A stretch of DNA of 64,000 nucleotides. Origin: Octopus vulgaris. Taxonomy: Eukaryota. Shown here piece after piece: positions 52,881 through 64,000 of this stretch. A program made the translations under genes and the position numbers. Position 1 is the stretch's first letter. Every line of letters starts with the position of its first letter. The notes beneath the pieces were generated by a model. It was given only the letters and a program-made list of their open reading frames with translations. It did not search any database and was not told the origin of the DNA. The stretch is from contig OX597832.1 of NCBI GenBank assembly GCA_951406725.2, positions 43,152,001 through 43,216,000 on the forward strand. Reading direction: 5' to 3'.

Positions 52881-53517
52881 GTTGAGGGTGCTGGTGGCGG
52901 TAGAATGGAATATCAGAAAGAACACCAGCCTTGGCAGTAACCAACAGCTGCATCACTTCAATAACAGCAGCAATATATGCAGCAGCATATGCAGCAACAA
53001 CAACAGCAACAACAACAATAATAATAACAAGGTTCTATTGACAAAACCTCCCCATGGTCTAGCAGTTTCCTAGAAATAGCAGGCAAGTCACATGTCACAT
53101 ACTACTTACCCTTAAAAAATCTGAAGGACAAATTGGATAACGGTGCCCCACTTACTACTGTATCTGTATCAGGTTCAGGTTATCCTGAAGCATGTGTTTG
53201 ATCTCTACGTGGCCACTGTACCTGTTGAAACAACAGCTAATTGTCCTTCAAATCACTTTCGAAGCAATGGCAAGACATATCAAATGAGGATGTCCAATGC
53301 ACATTGTATTTGAAATAGTACGAGTTTGTCGTGGTTGGAACGCTTTTAATGTTAATTCTGCTTTGTTGAAGCTAACATGTGACTAAACAAGAACAACTTA
53401 AGTTTCCATTTATGAGGAAGCCTCGATATTGACGACCGACCTGCTAGAAATAGTAACCAAACCTTCATATCATTCTATTTTCTTAAAAAGGAAGATAAAA
53501 ATATCGAATATTGTTCA

Positions 53518-53665
53518 AGTAGCTTGCTTACCAACCACATGGCTCCGGGTTCAGTTCCACTGCTTGGCATCTTGGGCAAGTGTCTTCCACTTTAGCCTCA
53601 AGCCGACCAAAGCTTTGTGAGTGGATTTGGTAGACGGAAACTCAAAGAAGCCCTTCGTATATATG

Positions 53666-53727
<62 letters not shown>

Positions 53728-53950
53728 ATTGTGTGTGTGTTTGTGTCTGTGTTTGTCCCCCTAGCATTGCTTGACAACCGATGCTGGTGTGTTTACGTCC
53801 CCGTAACTTAGCGGCTCGGCAAAAGAGACCAATAGAATAAGTACTGGGCTTACAAAGAATAAGTCTCGGGGTCGATTTGCTCGATTAAAGGCGGTACTCC
53901 AGCATGGCCGCAGTCAAATGACTGAAACAAGTAAAAGAGTAGAAGAGTAA
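53518..53950 (+). mobile_element. SINE family A lacking the first ~20 nt
   Basis: B-box, body, internal microsatellite and tail of family A. Confidence 0.9.
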
Positions 53951-54149
53951 AGTTACAACGATAGCTGAAACTTAGATGGAATGGTCACAGATGGAATTTC
54001 TTTATACACGAGAAAACAAGAATGCTGAAATGAATTATTCTAAATACCAGAAGTCATTTTGTTCAACGTTTTATCGATCTTACTGACTCTGGCGACTTGA
54101 CTAATTAGCAGCCATTCTCTAAATGCTAATTATCTTTTTTTAGAATAAA

Positions 54150-54340
54150 TTGGCGAAGAACACTGTACTAAGAAGACTAATGAAAACAATTGGGGATTGG
54201 CCAAGGAACGAAGGAACGCCACCTCGATGTTAAAGACCAGACTGCCGAAAAAAATATAATCCGACTAATGTACATGGGAAGTGTTCTATGCCACGGTGGA
54301 GATGCTGGAAGCGATGTCAAATGAAGAATCGGAAAACTAA
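54150..54340 (+). pseudogene. RTE-like LINE reverse transcriptase fragment
   Basis: 54268-54336 reads MYMGSVLCHGGDAGSDVK*RIGK, resembling the RTE RT domain 7 pattern F.YLGS.....G....DI..RIGK. Confidence 0.55.
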
Positions 54341-54457
54341 AAGTCTGGTCCATGAACACATTGTATACCAATATTATGATCTGACTGTGCAACACCCTCA
54401 CTGGAGACACACCTAAAGACCATCACAGTTTGCAGAGACTTGGTTTCCAAGATGCCC

Positions 54458-54514
<57 letters not shown>

Positions 54515-54515
54515 T

Positions 54516-54763
54516 AAAATGGCAGAAATTCAAAAGATAGTGCTCATGGGAACTGCTCATATCCTACGCAAAATACTTTCTATGTAATCTCAAGGTTTAA
54601 AACAAACATTTTTTTTTGAGACATCCACCAGTACAACACAAAAAACAACCAAATATATGGCACACTAGGCATAACAACAACGTGAACTTCCAACCTGTTG
54701 TCTCTTGAGGTCTCCGGGTGAGACGTGGAGCCAACTTGTACAAATATAAAGCAAAAGTCAAAC

Positions 54764-54764
<1 letters not shown>
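54516..54764 (+). mobile_element. R4/Dong-clade LINE extreme 3' end (subfamily 1)
   Basis: KMAEIQKIVLMGTAHILRKILSM* and a 3' UTR matching 14003-14250, with (TAA)n on both sides. Confidence 0.88.
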
Positions 54765-54834
<70 letters not shown>

Positions 54835-54850
54835 TAATAATAATAATAAT

Positions 54851-55235
54851 GAAATTATTGTATACAGTGCTCAGATGCACCACAATTTGTCAAAAGTGCG
54901 TATAGAGTATATGCAGTAATGTACAAATATCTGGAAAAAAACTGTGTATGAGTCAGATACATGCTTGCGTGTGTATGGAGGGGAGTAAATCAGGTGCAGT
55001 GTTGGCGAATCTCAGGAGGTATGGAAGTTTTGAAGGATGCAGTGCTCCGACAACTAACAACTGATGCTGGCAGTTTGTTCCATGATTCAACAACTCTTAG
55101 TGTGAAAAAATGTTTCCGAAAGTCATGGGAGCTGTGCTGTTTTCTGACTTTGTAAACATGTCCATGGGTGTTAGACCGGTGGAGTTTGCAAAGGTGCTCA
55201 GAGTTGTTGTTTGTAAGATGGTTAATGTCGTTAAG
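54851..55235 (-). mobile_element. CR1-like LINE 3' fragment
   Basis: The ORF reads THGHVYKVRKQHSSHDFRKHFFTLRVVESWNKLPASVV..TASFK, the CR1 ORF2 C-terminal motif. The 3' UTR ends in (ATT)n. Confidence 0.85.
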
Positions 55236-55758
55236 CCATGATGTTGGCATTTTGATACCCGGCGCAAATCATCATGATTCAGGTAACACTTTGTCAATAT
55301 TCAGATGGCTTCCAGTACTCCATGTCAGCTCACTTTTTCTCATCTATGCTCTTTAATCCTTACATCCTTCAATGCCGTTGACTATTCACCAACACATCGA
55401 GCTGTCCCTGAAACAAGGGGAACATAAAAGTCGTTAATTTAGTCGGAACACCCTATACATATAATGTGTGATCAAATGGTTAATCCGAAATGAAATCATC
55501 TTGCGTTGACTTCCCCACAGAATCTCTCTTTCTCTCTCTCTCTACAAACTGAAATAATATAATCAAACATTACCTAACGTCTTAATGGCTACGGACTGGA
55601 TCACGGCGAGGTCGGATGCTCGAGCGAGGCAATGTTTTCTGTACACCTTGAGTCACTCGTTATTCTATGGAAGCCACTGTTGCCATTCTTTTCACTTAAA
55701 GTAATATCTGAGCAGTTGCGATCCCTATTTCCTGGAAAGCTTCAATCACCCGTTGATT

Positions 55759-56175
55759 GAGTTGGCAGAAACGTTAAGCACGCCGGGCGATATGCTTAGC
55801 GGTATTTCGTCCGCCGCTACGTTCTGAGTTCAAATTCCGCCGAGGTCGACCTTGCTTTTCATCCTTTCGGGGTCGATAAATTAAGTACCAGTTACGCACT
55901 GGGGTCGATATAATTGACTTAATCCGTTTGTCTGTCCTTGTTTGTACCTCTCTGTGTTTAGCCCCTTGTGGGTAGTACAGAAATAAGTATTTCGTCTGCC
56001 ATTACGTTCTGAGTTCAAATTCCGCCGAGGTCGACTTTGCTTTTCATCCTTTCGGGGTCGATTAAATAAGTACCAGTTATGCACTGTGGTCGATATAATC
56101 GACTTAATCCGTTTGTCTGTCCTTGTTTTGTCCTCTCTGTGTTTAGCCTCTTGTGGGTAGTAAAGAAATAGGTAT
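55759..56175 (+). mobile_element. SINE family B, head plus two tandem units
   Basis: Family B consensus twice. Confidence 0.9.
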
Positions 56176-56335
56176 ATTGACAGTGAAATCTGGAAAGCGG
56201 TGAACCCCCTAATTTTTATATACTTTGCGGCGCTTGTTGATTTGTGACGTCACCACAACCGCTGTTCTCAACGAAGCTGAGTTTTGCAACGGGCACTGAG
56301 TAAAACAATTAGTGAAATTACATGATACCGCTACA

Positions 56336-56371
<36 letters not shown>

Positions 56372-56607
56372 AACATATACATACGCACGCAAAAGTCTGA
56401 TCCAGCTGTAAATGGAAGCAACTGGTGTCGCCCGTCTGTCGATGAAGGTTTTTTCATCAGCGTCAACGAAGCAAGACATCAAAAGCGACATCTGGGCCTC
56501 TGTCATGGGTGAGGCAACGAATTGATCTGGTAATCGTTCGTGGCCATGTTTTGTATGTCAGTGTGTGAACGGAACATTGATGACTTCATCCATGTATTTT
56601 GTACACA

Positions 56608-56890
56608 AGCATACGTACATACATACATACATACATACATACGTACGTACGTACATACATACAACATACATACATTCATACATACATACATACATACATA
56701 CATACATACATACATACATACATGCATGCATACATACATACATACATACATACATACACATGCATACATACATACATACATACATACATACATACATACA
56801 TACATACAACATACATACATTCATGCATACATACAGGCATACATACATACAGGCATACATACATACATACATACTTACACACATATATAC

Positions 56891-56921
<31 letters not shown>

Positions 56922-56943
56922 CATACATACAAATATACATACA

Positions 56944-56977
<34 letters not shown>

Positions 56978-57283
56978 CATACAAACATACATACATACAT
57001 ACATACATACAAATATACATACATTCATACATACATACATACATACATACATACATACATGCATACATACATACATATAAACACACGCACACAAATGCAT
57101 ACATACATATATACATGCAGACATACATACATACATACATACAAACATACATACATGCATACATACATACATACAAATATACATACATTCATACATAGAT
57201 ACATACATACATACATACATACATACATACATACATACATACATACACACATACATACATACATACATACATACATACATACA

Positions 57284-57315
<32 letters not shown>

Positions 57316-57348
57316 AACACACACGCACACAAATGCTTACATACATAT
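56608..57348. repeat. (ATAC)n microsatellite
   Basis: Seen directly. Confidence 0.96.
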
Positions 57349-57929
57349 ATATTTAGGATCTTGCTTAGTTACAACGGTACTAATAACTAGTTGCTAGAAC
57401 TCACACCTGTCTGCATGGCATATATTTTAGCCTGAAGGAAGTCTTGGTATTTTTAAAGGTTTGGTCTTCTTCGCAGCATTTCTGGTACCACGCATCTTTA
57501 GTAGAAGGCGGAGTATCAAATAGACGAACACGGCTGCTGCTGTTGTTGTTGTTGTTATTGTAACGACTCTATACTTCCTGCGTGGTCTAAATCATCCTTC
57601 GAACTTCCTCTGCCAATGAAACAGTAGTCAATTATACAAGGTATTTATATTGCCTTCGCCAGTCTATTCCCTGCCCCGCCCCCTCACTCCGTGCACCTCT
57701 CCGTCCATGCCTCACTGTCTGAAGCTGTAAAGGAGTGGTTTCGTTTTGCTCAACTTTTGGTCTTCTTCGCATCATTTCTGTATTCCTTGTGTTGCTGCCA
57801 CTGCTTCTGCTGCTGCTACCAGCAGTCCTATGACGTTTCAACAAGACCAGTTCCAGTGCATTAGAGGCACGTAGTCAGAAATATTCTTCTTTCTGCATAA
57901 AACCATTCTGTCATTCAAATGCGATGTAT

Positions 57930-58157
57930 ATATTTCTATATTGCCCACAAGGGGCTAAACATAGAGGGGGACAAACAAGGACAGACAAACGGATTAAATC
58001 GATTACATCGACCCCAGTGCGAAACTGGTACTTTTATTTATCGACCCCGAAAGGATGAAAGGCAAAGTCGACCTCGGCGGAATTTGAACTCAGAACGTAA
58101 CGACAGACGAAATACCGTCAAGCATTCCGCCCGACGCGCTAACGTGTCTGCCAGCTC
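57930..58157 (-). mobile_element. SINE family B, single full copy
   Basis: Reverse complement of the family B consensus including the head. Confidence 0.9.
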
Positions 58158-58182
58158 AAACATCAACAGTCCAAACCTTTAT

Positions 58183-58285
58183 AGGCACAGGAGTGGCTGT
58201 ACGGTAAGTAGCTTGCTTACCAACCACATGGTTCCGGGTTCAGTCTCACTGCGTGGCACCTTGGGCAAACGTCTTCTACTATAGC
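58183..58285 (+). mobile_element. SINE family A head
   Basis: A and B boxes followed by CCTTGGGCAAAC. A diverged tail appears at about 58740-58885. Confidence 0.85.
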
Positions 58286-58394
58286 TGTTAATCAGGAAGG
58301 ACCAAGAAAAGGGGACAAAAAGAAAGCTTGCCTAATTCTGGAACTCCCCAGCAGTTCTGTCACTGGCGGCTGTCGTCTTTTTCTGAACTTCTAT

Positions 58395-58704
58395 GTTGTT
58401 TGTTCCTTCTCGAGCCATGCCTGGCTCATAAGGGCCCGGTTTCCCGGTTCCCTTGGCGTATAGGTTCCCCTCCTGGACGGGACGCCGGTCCGTCGCAGGT
58501 GAGCTGCAAGATGCATGAGAAAAGAGTAAGAGAAGGTTGTGGCGAAAGAGTCAGCGGAAGTTTCGCCATTACCTTCTGCCGGAGCCGCGTGGAGCTTAGG
58601 TGTTTCGCTCATAAACAGACACACACCGTCCGGTCTGAGATTCGAACCCGCGATCCCTCGACCGCGTGTCCGCTGCTCTAACCACTAGGCCATGTGCCTC
58701 CACA
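58395..58704 (-). mobile_element. tRNA-derived SINE family C
   Basis: A-box TGGCCTAGTGG and B-box GGTTCGAATC. Matches 7763-8072. Confidence 0.9.
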
Positions 58705-59679
58705 CACATGAGTGTACACGTGCGTGTGTGTTTGTTTGCTCCACCCTAGCGCTTTACAACCGACAAAAGACACTGACAGAATAAGTAGACTTAAAATTAC
58801 TGGGATCCATTCGCTCGAGGAAACCCTCAAACGTTGTGCCCCAGCATGGCCGCAGCACAACGACTAAGATAAACAGAAGAATAAATGCTCTTTCACAGCC
58901 TGACTGCTAATATATAATGAGACACTTTAAAACAACCCTTATTTAATTAGATTTAATAGCTACTATAATTAATACTTTCTTACCACAACGGAGCGTGGCT
59001 ACCATAGTTATTTCCTTTGTATTTGTGATAGCTAGCTGTTAATAGCTATCACTAATTACGTCAGCCGATATGATCAGTGATAAACTCTAGCTGAGACAAT
59101 GAATACATGCTTCATAAATTTTACTAGACAGCCAGTATAGTTATTTAATGTGATATAAACAGTACTTAGAACGGGCTGCAGCCGATCAGATAACGCTATG
59201 TATTGCCATTTCACATGGTGTAGTTCCGAGGTACTTCATTATATTTACACCACATTACGCTGTCACAACTTGTCTATACATGAGCGTGGTCGTGGTCGCG
59301 CTAGAAAAGACAAGCAAGTCTCCCTCAGGTTACAGCCCACCATGTTAACAAAAAATTAGATTAAATAAAATCTACTCATGTAAACTCGTATTTATCGCGC
59401 TCGAACACACTCGGGCGCGAGAAAGCCATCCGCTGCGGAAGTAGTCCCAGGAGAAAATTCTCTTCCTAGACGACATGCCCACCTCCGAGGAGGCAGGTGA
59501 GCTAAAAGTCACGCACCAAAACATTTGACATTTTATTCATGTTAGTGTTGTTGCGTGTATTCTTCATTATTTTATTCACTTTTAGAAAAACTGAGGCAGT
59601 TTTACTAAAAGAGGAAAAGAGTAAAAGAGTAGCATAAAATTTCCAGATGCAACCAAACAGAAAAGATCCACTTCGGGCT

Positions 59680-60030
59680 CTTCGCGTTCTAAGTTCAAGC
59701 CTCACCGAAGTCAACCTTGCTTATCATCCTTCCGGGATCGGTAAGTTCTAATATCGATCAAGCACTGGAATCTATCGATGGAACCGACTAACCCCTAACT
59801 GCTCTTAAAATTACTGGCCTTGTGCCAAAATTTCGCCACCATTACTAGGCGTGCTGGCAGAATCGTTAGAGGCGGAAGAAAATGGCTATGCCTATGTCTT
59901 CCGAGGTCAACTTCGTCTTTCATCTCTCCGCAGATCGATAAAATAATGTATCAATCAAGAATTGAGATCGGCCGAATCCATTAAACCCCGCTACCTTCAA
60001 AATTGCTTGTCCTGTACCTAAATTAGAAAT
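59680..60030 (+). mobile_element. degenerate SINE family B pieces
   Basis: CCGAAGTCAACCTTGCTTATCATCCTTCCGGGATCG and CCGAGGTCAACTTCGTCTTTCATC. Confidence 0.6.
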
Positions 60031-60247
60031 AATTTTTGTAAACCGGCAGCAGTCGTTATATGTGTTGTCGTTGTTGTTGCTGCCGTTGTTGTTGTCATTG
60101 TTGTTGTTGTTGTTGTTGTTGTTTTGTTATTCCTGTTTCTGTTATTGTTTTTATCGTTGTCGTCGGCGTTGTTTTTGTTGTTGCTTCCGCATTTCCTTGT
60201 TGTTGTAATTGATGGTATTGCTGTTAGTTAATGTTGTTGTAATTATT

Positions 60248-60282
<35 letters not shown>

Positions 60283-60561
60283 CGTTGATGATGATGGTGG
60301 TGGTTGTGATAGTTGTGGTTGTGGTGGTGGTGGTGGTGGTGGTGGTGGTGGTGGTGGTGGTGGTGGTGTTGTTGTTATCGTCATCGTTATCGGTGTTGTA
60401 GATGTTGTTATTTTTACACTCAACGCCACCGATTAAAATAACAAACTCGGTTTTAATAAAGACACTCCCCGCCCGCTTTTTAAAAGACGTCACCATCTGC
60501 TCAACGAAGAAGAATATCTGTCTACCTTCCTCTCTATCGTATCTCTCTCTCTCTCTCTTAC

Positions 60562-60595
<34 letters not shown>

Positions 60596-61204
60596 GCACA
60601 CACACACACACACACACACACTCCCCACACACCTTTATATGACGAACGCCACTTCCCGTCGCTGCCAAGATACTGGAACGGCACAGCAAGTCCTTGCCAA
60701 GTCTCAGAATTCTTTAAAGCCATACCAAGAGGCAGTGTTGTTGTATGTATGCGTCTATGTGTACCTGCGCATATACGTCTCTGTGTGTATGTCTACCTGT
60801 GAGTATATATATGTGTGTGTGTGTGCGTGTGTATGTGTTTGTGTGTGTCTGTGTGTGTGTGTGTGTGCGTGTGTATGTGTGTGTCTGTGTGCGTCTGTGT
60901 GTATGTGTATGTGTGTGTGTGTCCATCTGCTCGCCTGTAGATGCATGTGTACTTGTGTTTGAGTTTGTATGTATGTATATATATATATATATGTGTGTAT
61001 ATATATGTATGTATATGCGAGAGTGTGTGCTCAAACATTGGTGAGCGTGTGCCAGCGCATATTTCTGCAGAATAATGATTAAATATCGCAGACGATCCTG
61101 TTTCCAAACAACCAGCAATCAGACTCATTCCACATTCGCAGATCCAACATATGCCAATATGTAAACATACTTTATATACAAGCATACATATATACGTATT
61201 ATAC

Positions 61205-61545
<341 letters not shown>

Positions 61546-61765
61546 ATTCATATAATCTAATTCATACATACAAAGGTACCACTCACATATACATATTTAC
61601 ATACTAACTTATATATGTGTGTGTGTATGTACTCATGTATGTATGTATGTATGTATGTATGTATGTATGTATGCATGTATGTATGTATGTATGTATGTAT
61701 GTATGTATGTATGTATGTATGTATGTATGTATGTATGTATGTATGTATGTATGTATGTATGTATC

Positions 61766-62019
61766 TTTCACTATTAAATCCACAGCGTGTTGAAACGAGG
61801 AGAGCAAGCTAACAGAAATTTTTTCTTAAAATTCCGTTATCCACCAATCGGACCGATTAATGGATTAATCCAAAATGATTCTTCCTTCCATCGCTGACGG
61901 AGGAAGAATCCTTTTGGATTAATCCATTAATCGGTCCAATTCGTGGATAACGGAATTTTTAAAGAAATTTCTGTTAGTTTGCTCTCCTCGTTTCAACGCG
62001 CTGTGTATTTAAGGTGAAA
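61766..62019. repeat. long imperfect foldback (arms about 120 bp)
   Basis: CACAGCGTGTTGAAACGAGGAGAGCAAGCTAACAGAAATT..GATTCTTCCT pairs with AGGAAGAATC..AATTTCTGTTAGTTTGCTCTCCTCGTTTCAACGCGCTGTG. Confidence 0.92.
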
Positions 62020-62107
62020 TGTTGTATGTGGTTCGATGATATAAAGTCTATGTTTTCAGCATATTAGCATAGAATTGTTTTCTTTAGCTCTTATTTATAA
62101 TTTTATG

Positions 62108-62166
<59 letters not shown>

Positions 62167-62328
62167 ATGTCCCATTTTCTGTTTGTTGGCCTTTTACTTA
62201 ATCCTGAAAATATATACATACATACATACATACATGCATATATATATCCATTCATATAAACATATACGCATATCACACACACCTATACACATTTACATAC
62301 AATCTTATATATGCGTGTAAATGTATAT

Positions 62329-62399
<71 letters not shown>

Positions 62400-62407
<8 letters not shown>

Positions 62408-63425
62408 CAAAATAGGCAACAAGAATATCCAGAGGTAATGCAGAACGATCGTTTCAAGCAATTCCATTTAATTGAACAATGCAATCATAAACTACTTAGA
62501 TTATAATTTAATATATAGTTAGCATATTCTTTTACCTCAGTACTCATTTATTAAATACCAGTAAATACCAATTGATCAATCTTCAAAGATAACCATCTGA
62601 TAAGTTAGCATTTAAGTATATAATATATATAAATATTAAACTATTTCCAGATCATTTCTTTTCCAACCTCCATTGTGGTAAAAGTTTGGTATATACTCAA
62701 AAGTATTCAAAAAAACTTTTTATCCTTTTGTTATAATAATCTTATAATAATTACTCAAAAGTATTCAAAAAACTTTTTATCCTTTTGTTATAATAATCTT
62801 CTGAATAATCCTAAATTTTAACTATATACAATATGACAATATTGTTTAAAATATTTTGCTGTAGAACCACATGATAAGATTTCCCCTGTCTCATTATCGA
62901 TGGTCACTATTGGCTTGCTCCTTTAATTGTCAGCTAACATCTTGTTTTAAGATTTCCTTTACCAAAGCTCATTATATTGCTTCAAATAAATCTTGATAGT
63001 TTTTTATGACTATACCCACTATGATTTCTGTCGACTCCCTCCTCTAGCAGACACTACTCCTTGTTCTTTTGGCCTTAGATGTACAAAGATTTGATAAACT
63101 AGTCTATAAATTAAAACTGACCCCATAAAACAGTGACAAGCAAAATCTGCAACAAGACTTTGTTCCTGATGCCTTAGTAGCTTCTTAGCTGAAGTGAAGA
63201 CAGCATGTTCTTTGTCCATCTCCTTACCTTCTTGGAAATTTTAGGCAAAATTATACTAAAGTGTCCATCTGTTTTAATTTAATTAAATTCTATGTCTTTA
63301 TGCAGCTGAGGATTGCTCTGCATTTAAATTGATGTAATGATTGCATTGTTCAATTAAATGGAGTTGCTTGAAACGATCGTACTGCATTACCTCTGGATAT
63401 CCTTGTTGATTATTTTGATTTTTAT
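62400..63425. mobile_element. PLE-like remnant bounded by inverted ~90-bp pseudo-LTR segments
   Basis: 62401-62488 is the reverse complement of about 63337-63424. The right copy overlaps a hammerhead, and (TA)n lies at the left edge. Confidence 0.7.
63301..63386 (+). ncRNA. type I hammerhead ribozyme motif
   Basis: tgcag CUGAGGA (63306-12), long imperfect stem II, GAAA (63370-73), palindrome ACGAUCGU, GUA (63379-81), then ctgca. Confidence 0.7.
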
Positions 63426-63780
63426 CATTTTGAGGATGTAATTTCCTCGTAAGGGATTGTTAATAACAATCCAGGCGCCAACTGGCTTTACCAAATATAC
63501 TGAAAGAAAGATCTACAATATATATGTATAAACAGGCTTATAAATTATAAAATCAATAAAAGAAAATGGAGAAGAAAAATATAATAGATGTTTTGTTCAT
63601 TTTATTTGTATCACAAAGGAAAGTTAATGCAAAGTAAAAGTGATACCTACAAGGATAATGATAAAAGGAAATAGATCAACAAAACAACCCAAAAATATCT
63701 GTAAAAAATCATACAATCCGAAAGTTTCAATCCGAAAGTATGTTTGAATCATAAAAGTTCGAACTATTATAGGTGTAATA

Positions 63781-63820
<40 letters not shown>

Positions 63821-63944
63821 TTACATTTATACATACACACACACACTCATATTACACATATGTATATGCTTGTATACTTACTATATTGGTATTTACAACT
63901 GGTTATGGTAATACTATGACAAACCAGAACTATATATGTGTGTG

Positions 63945-63990
<46 letters not shown>

Positions 63991-64000
63991 GCATACATAC

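Noticed and set aside
52034-52956. Poly-Ala, poly-Gln and poly-His ORFs resembling transcription factor tracts
   Set aside because: Compound trinucleotide microsatellite with no adjoining domain or credible splice sites.
57632-57844. 70-aa non-repetitive minus-strand ORF
   Set aside because: Non-ATG start, no recognisable motif and no convincing splice sites.

Overview
AT-rich, microsatellite-saturated animal DNA with no recognisable intact host protein-coding gene, so probably intronic or intergenic. The SINE and microsatellite landscape looks like an Octopus/coleoid cephalopod genome (inference from pattern recognition, not a database hit). Almost all ORFs in the track are translations of simple repeats. 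Supported content: three tRNA-headed SINE families in many copies; 3' fragments of R4/Dong-clade RLE LINEs sitting in (TAA)n; CR1- and RTE-like LINE fragments; a degenerate mariner; a MITE; three non-autonomous Helitron pieces; Penelope-like (PLE) remnants; and a 37/39-bp minisatellite with a 606-bp higher-order duplication. Most interesting signals: (1) a 353-bp, highly base-paired unit with a type I hammerhead ribozyme and a 30-bp terminal direct repeat, a retrozyme/circRNA candidate (29190-29572); (2) several dispersed minimal hammerheads with palindromic helix III, including an apparent A3:U8 compensatory core variant and a recurrent U6 variant; (3) an intron-containing tRNA-Lys(UUU) joined at its Pol III terminator to a LINE/SINE-type 3' tail (31320-31479). 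Coordinates were read by eye and element edges may be off by a few bases.
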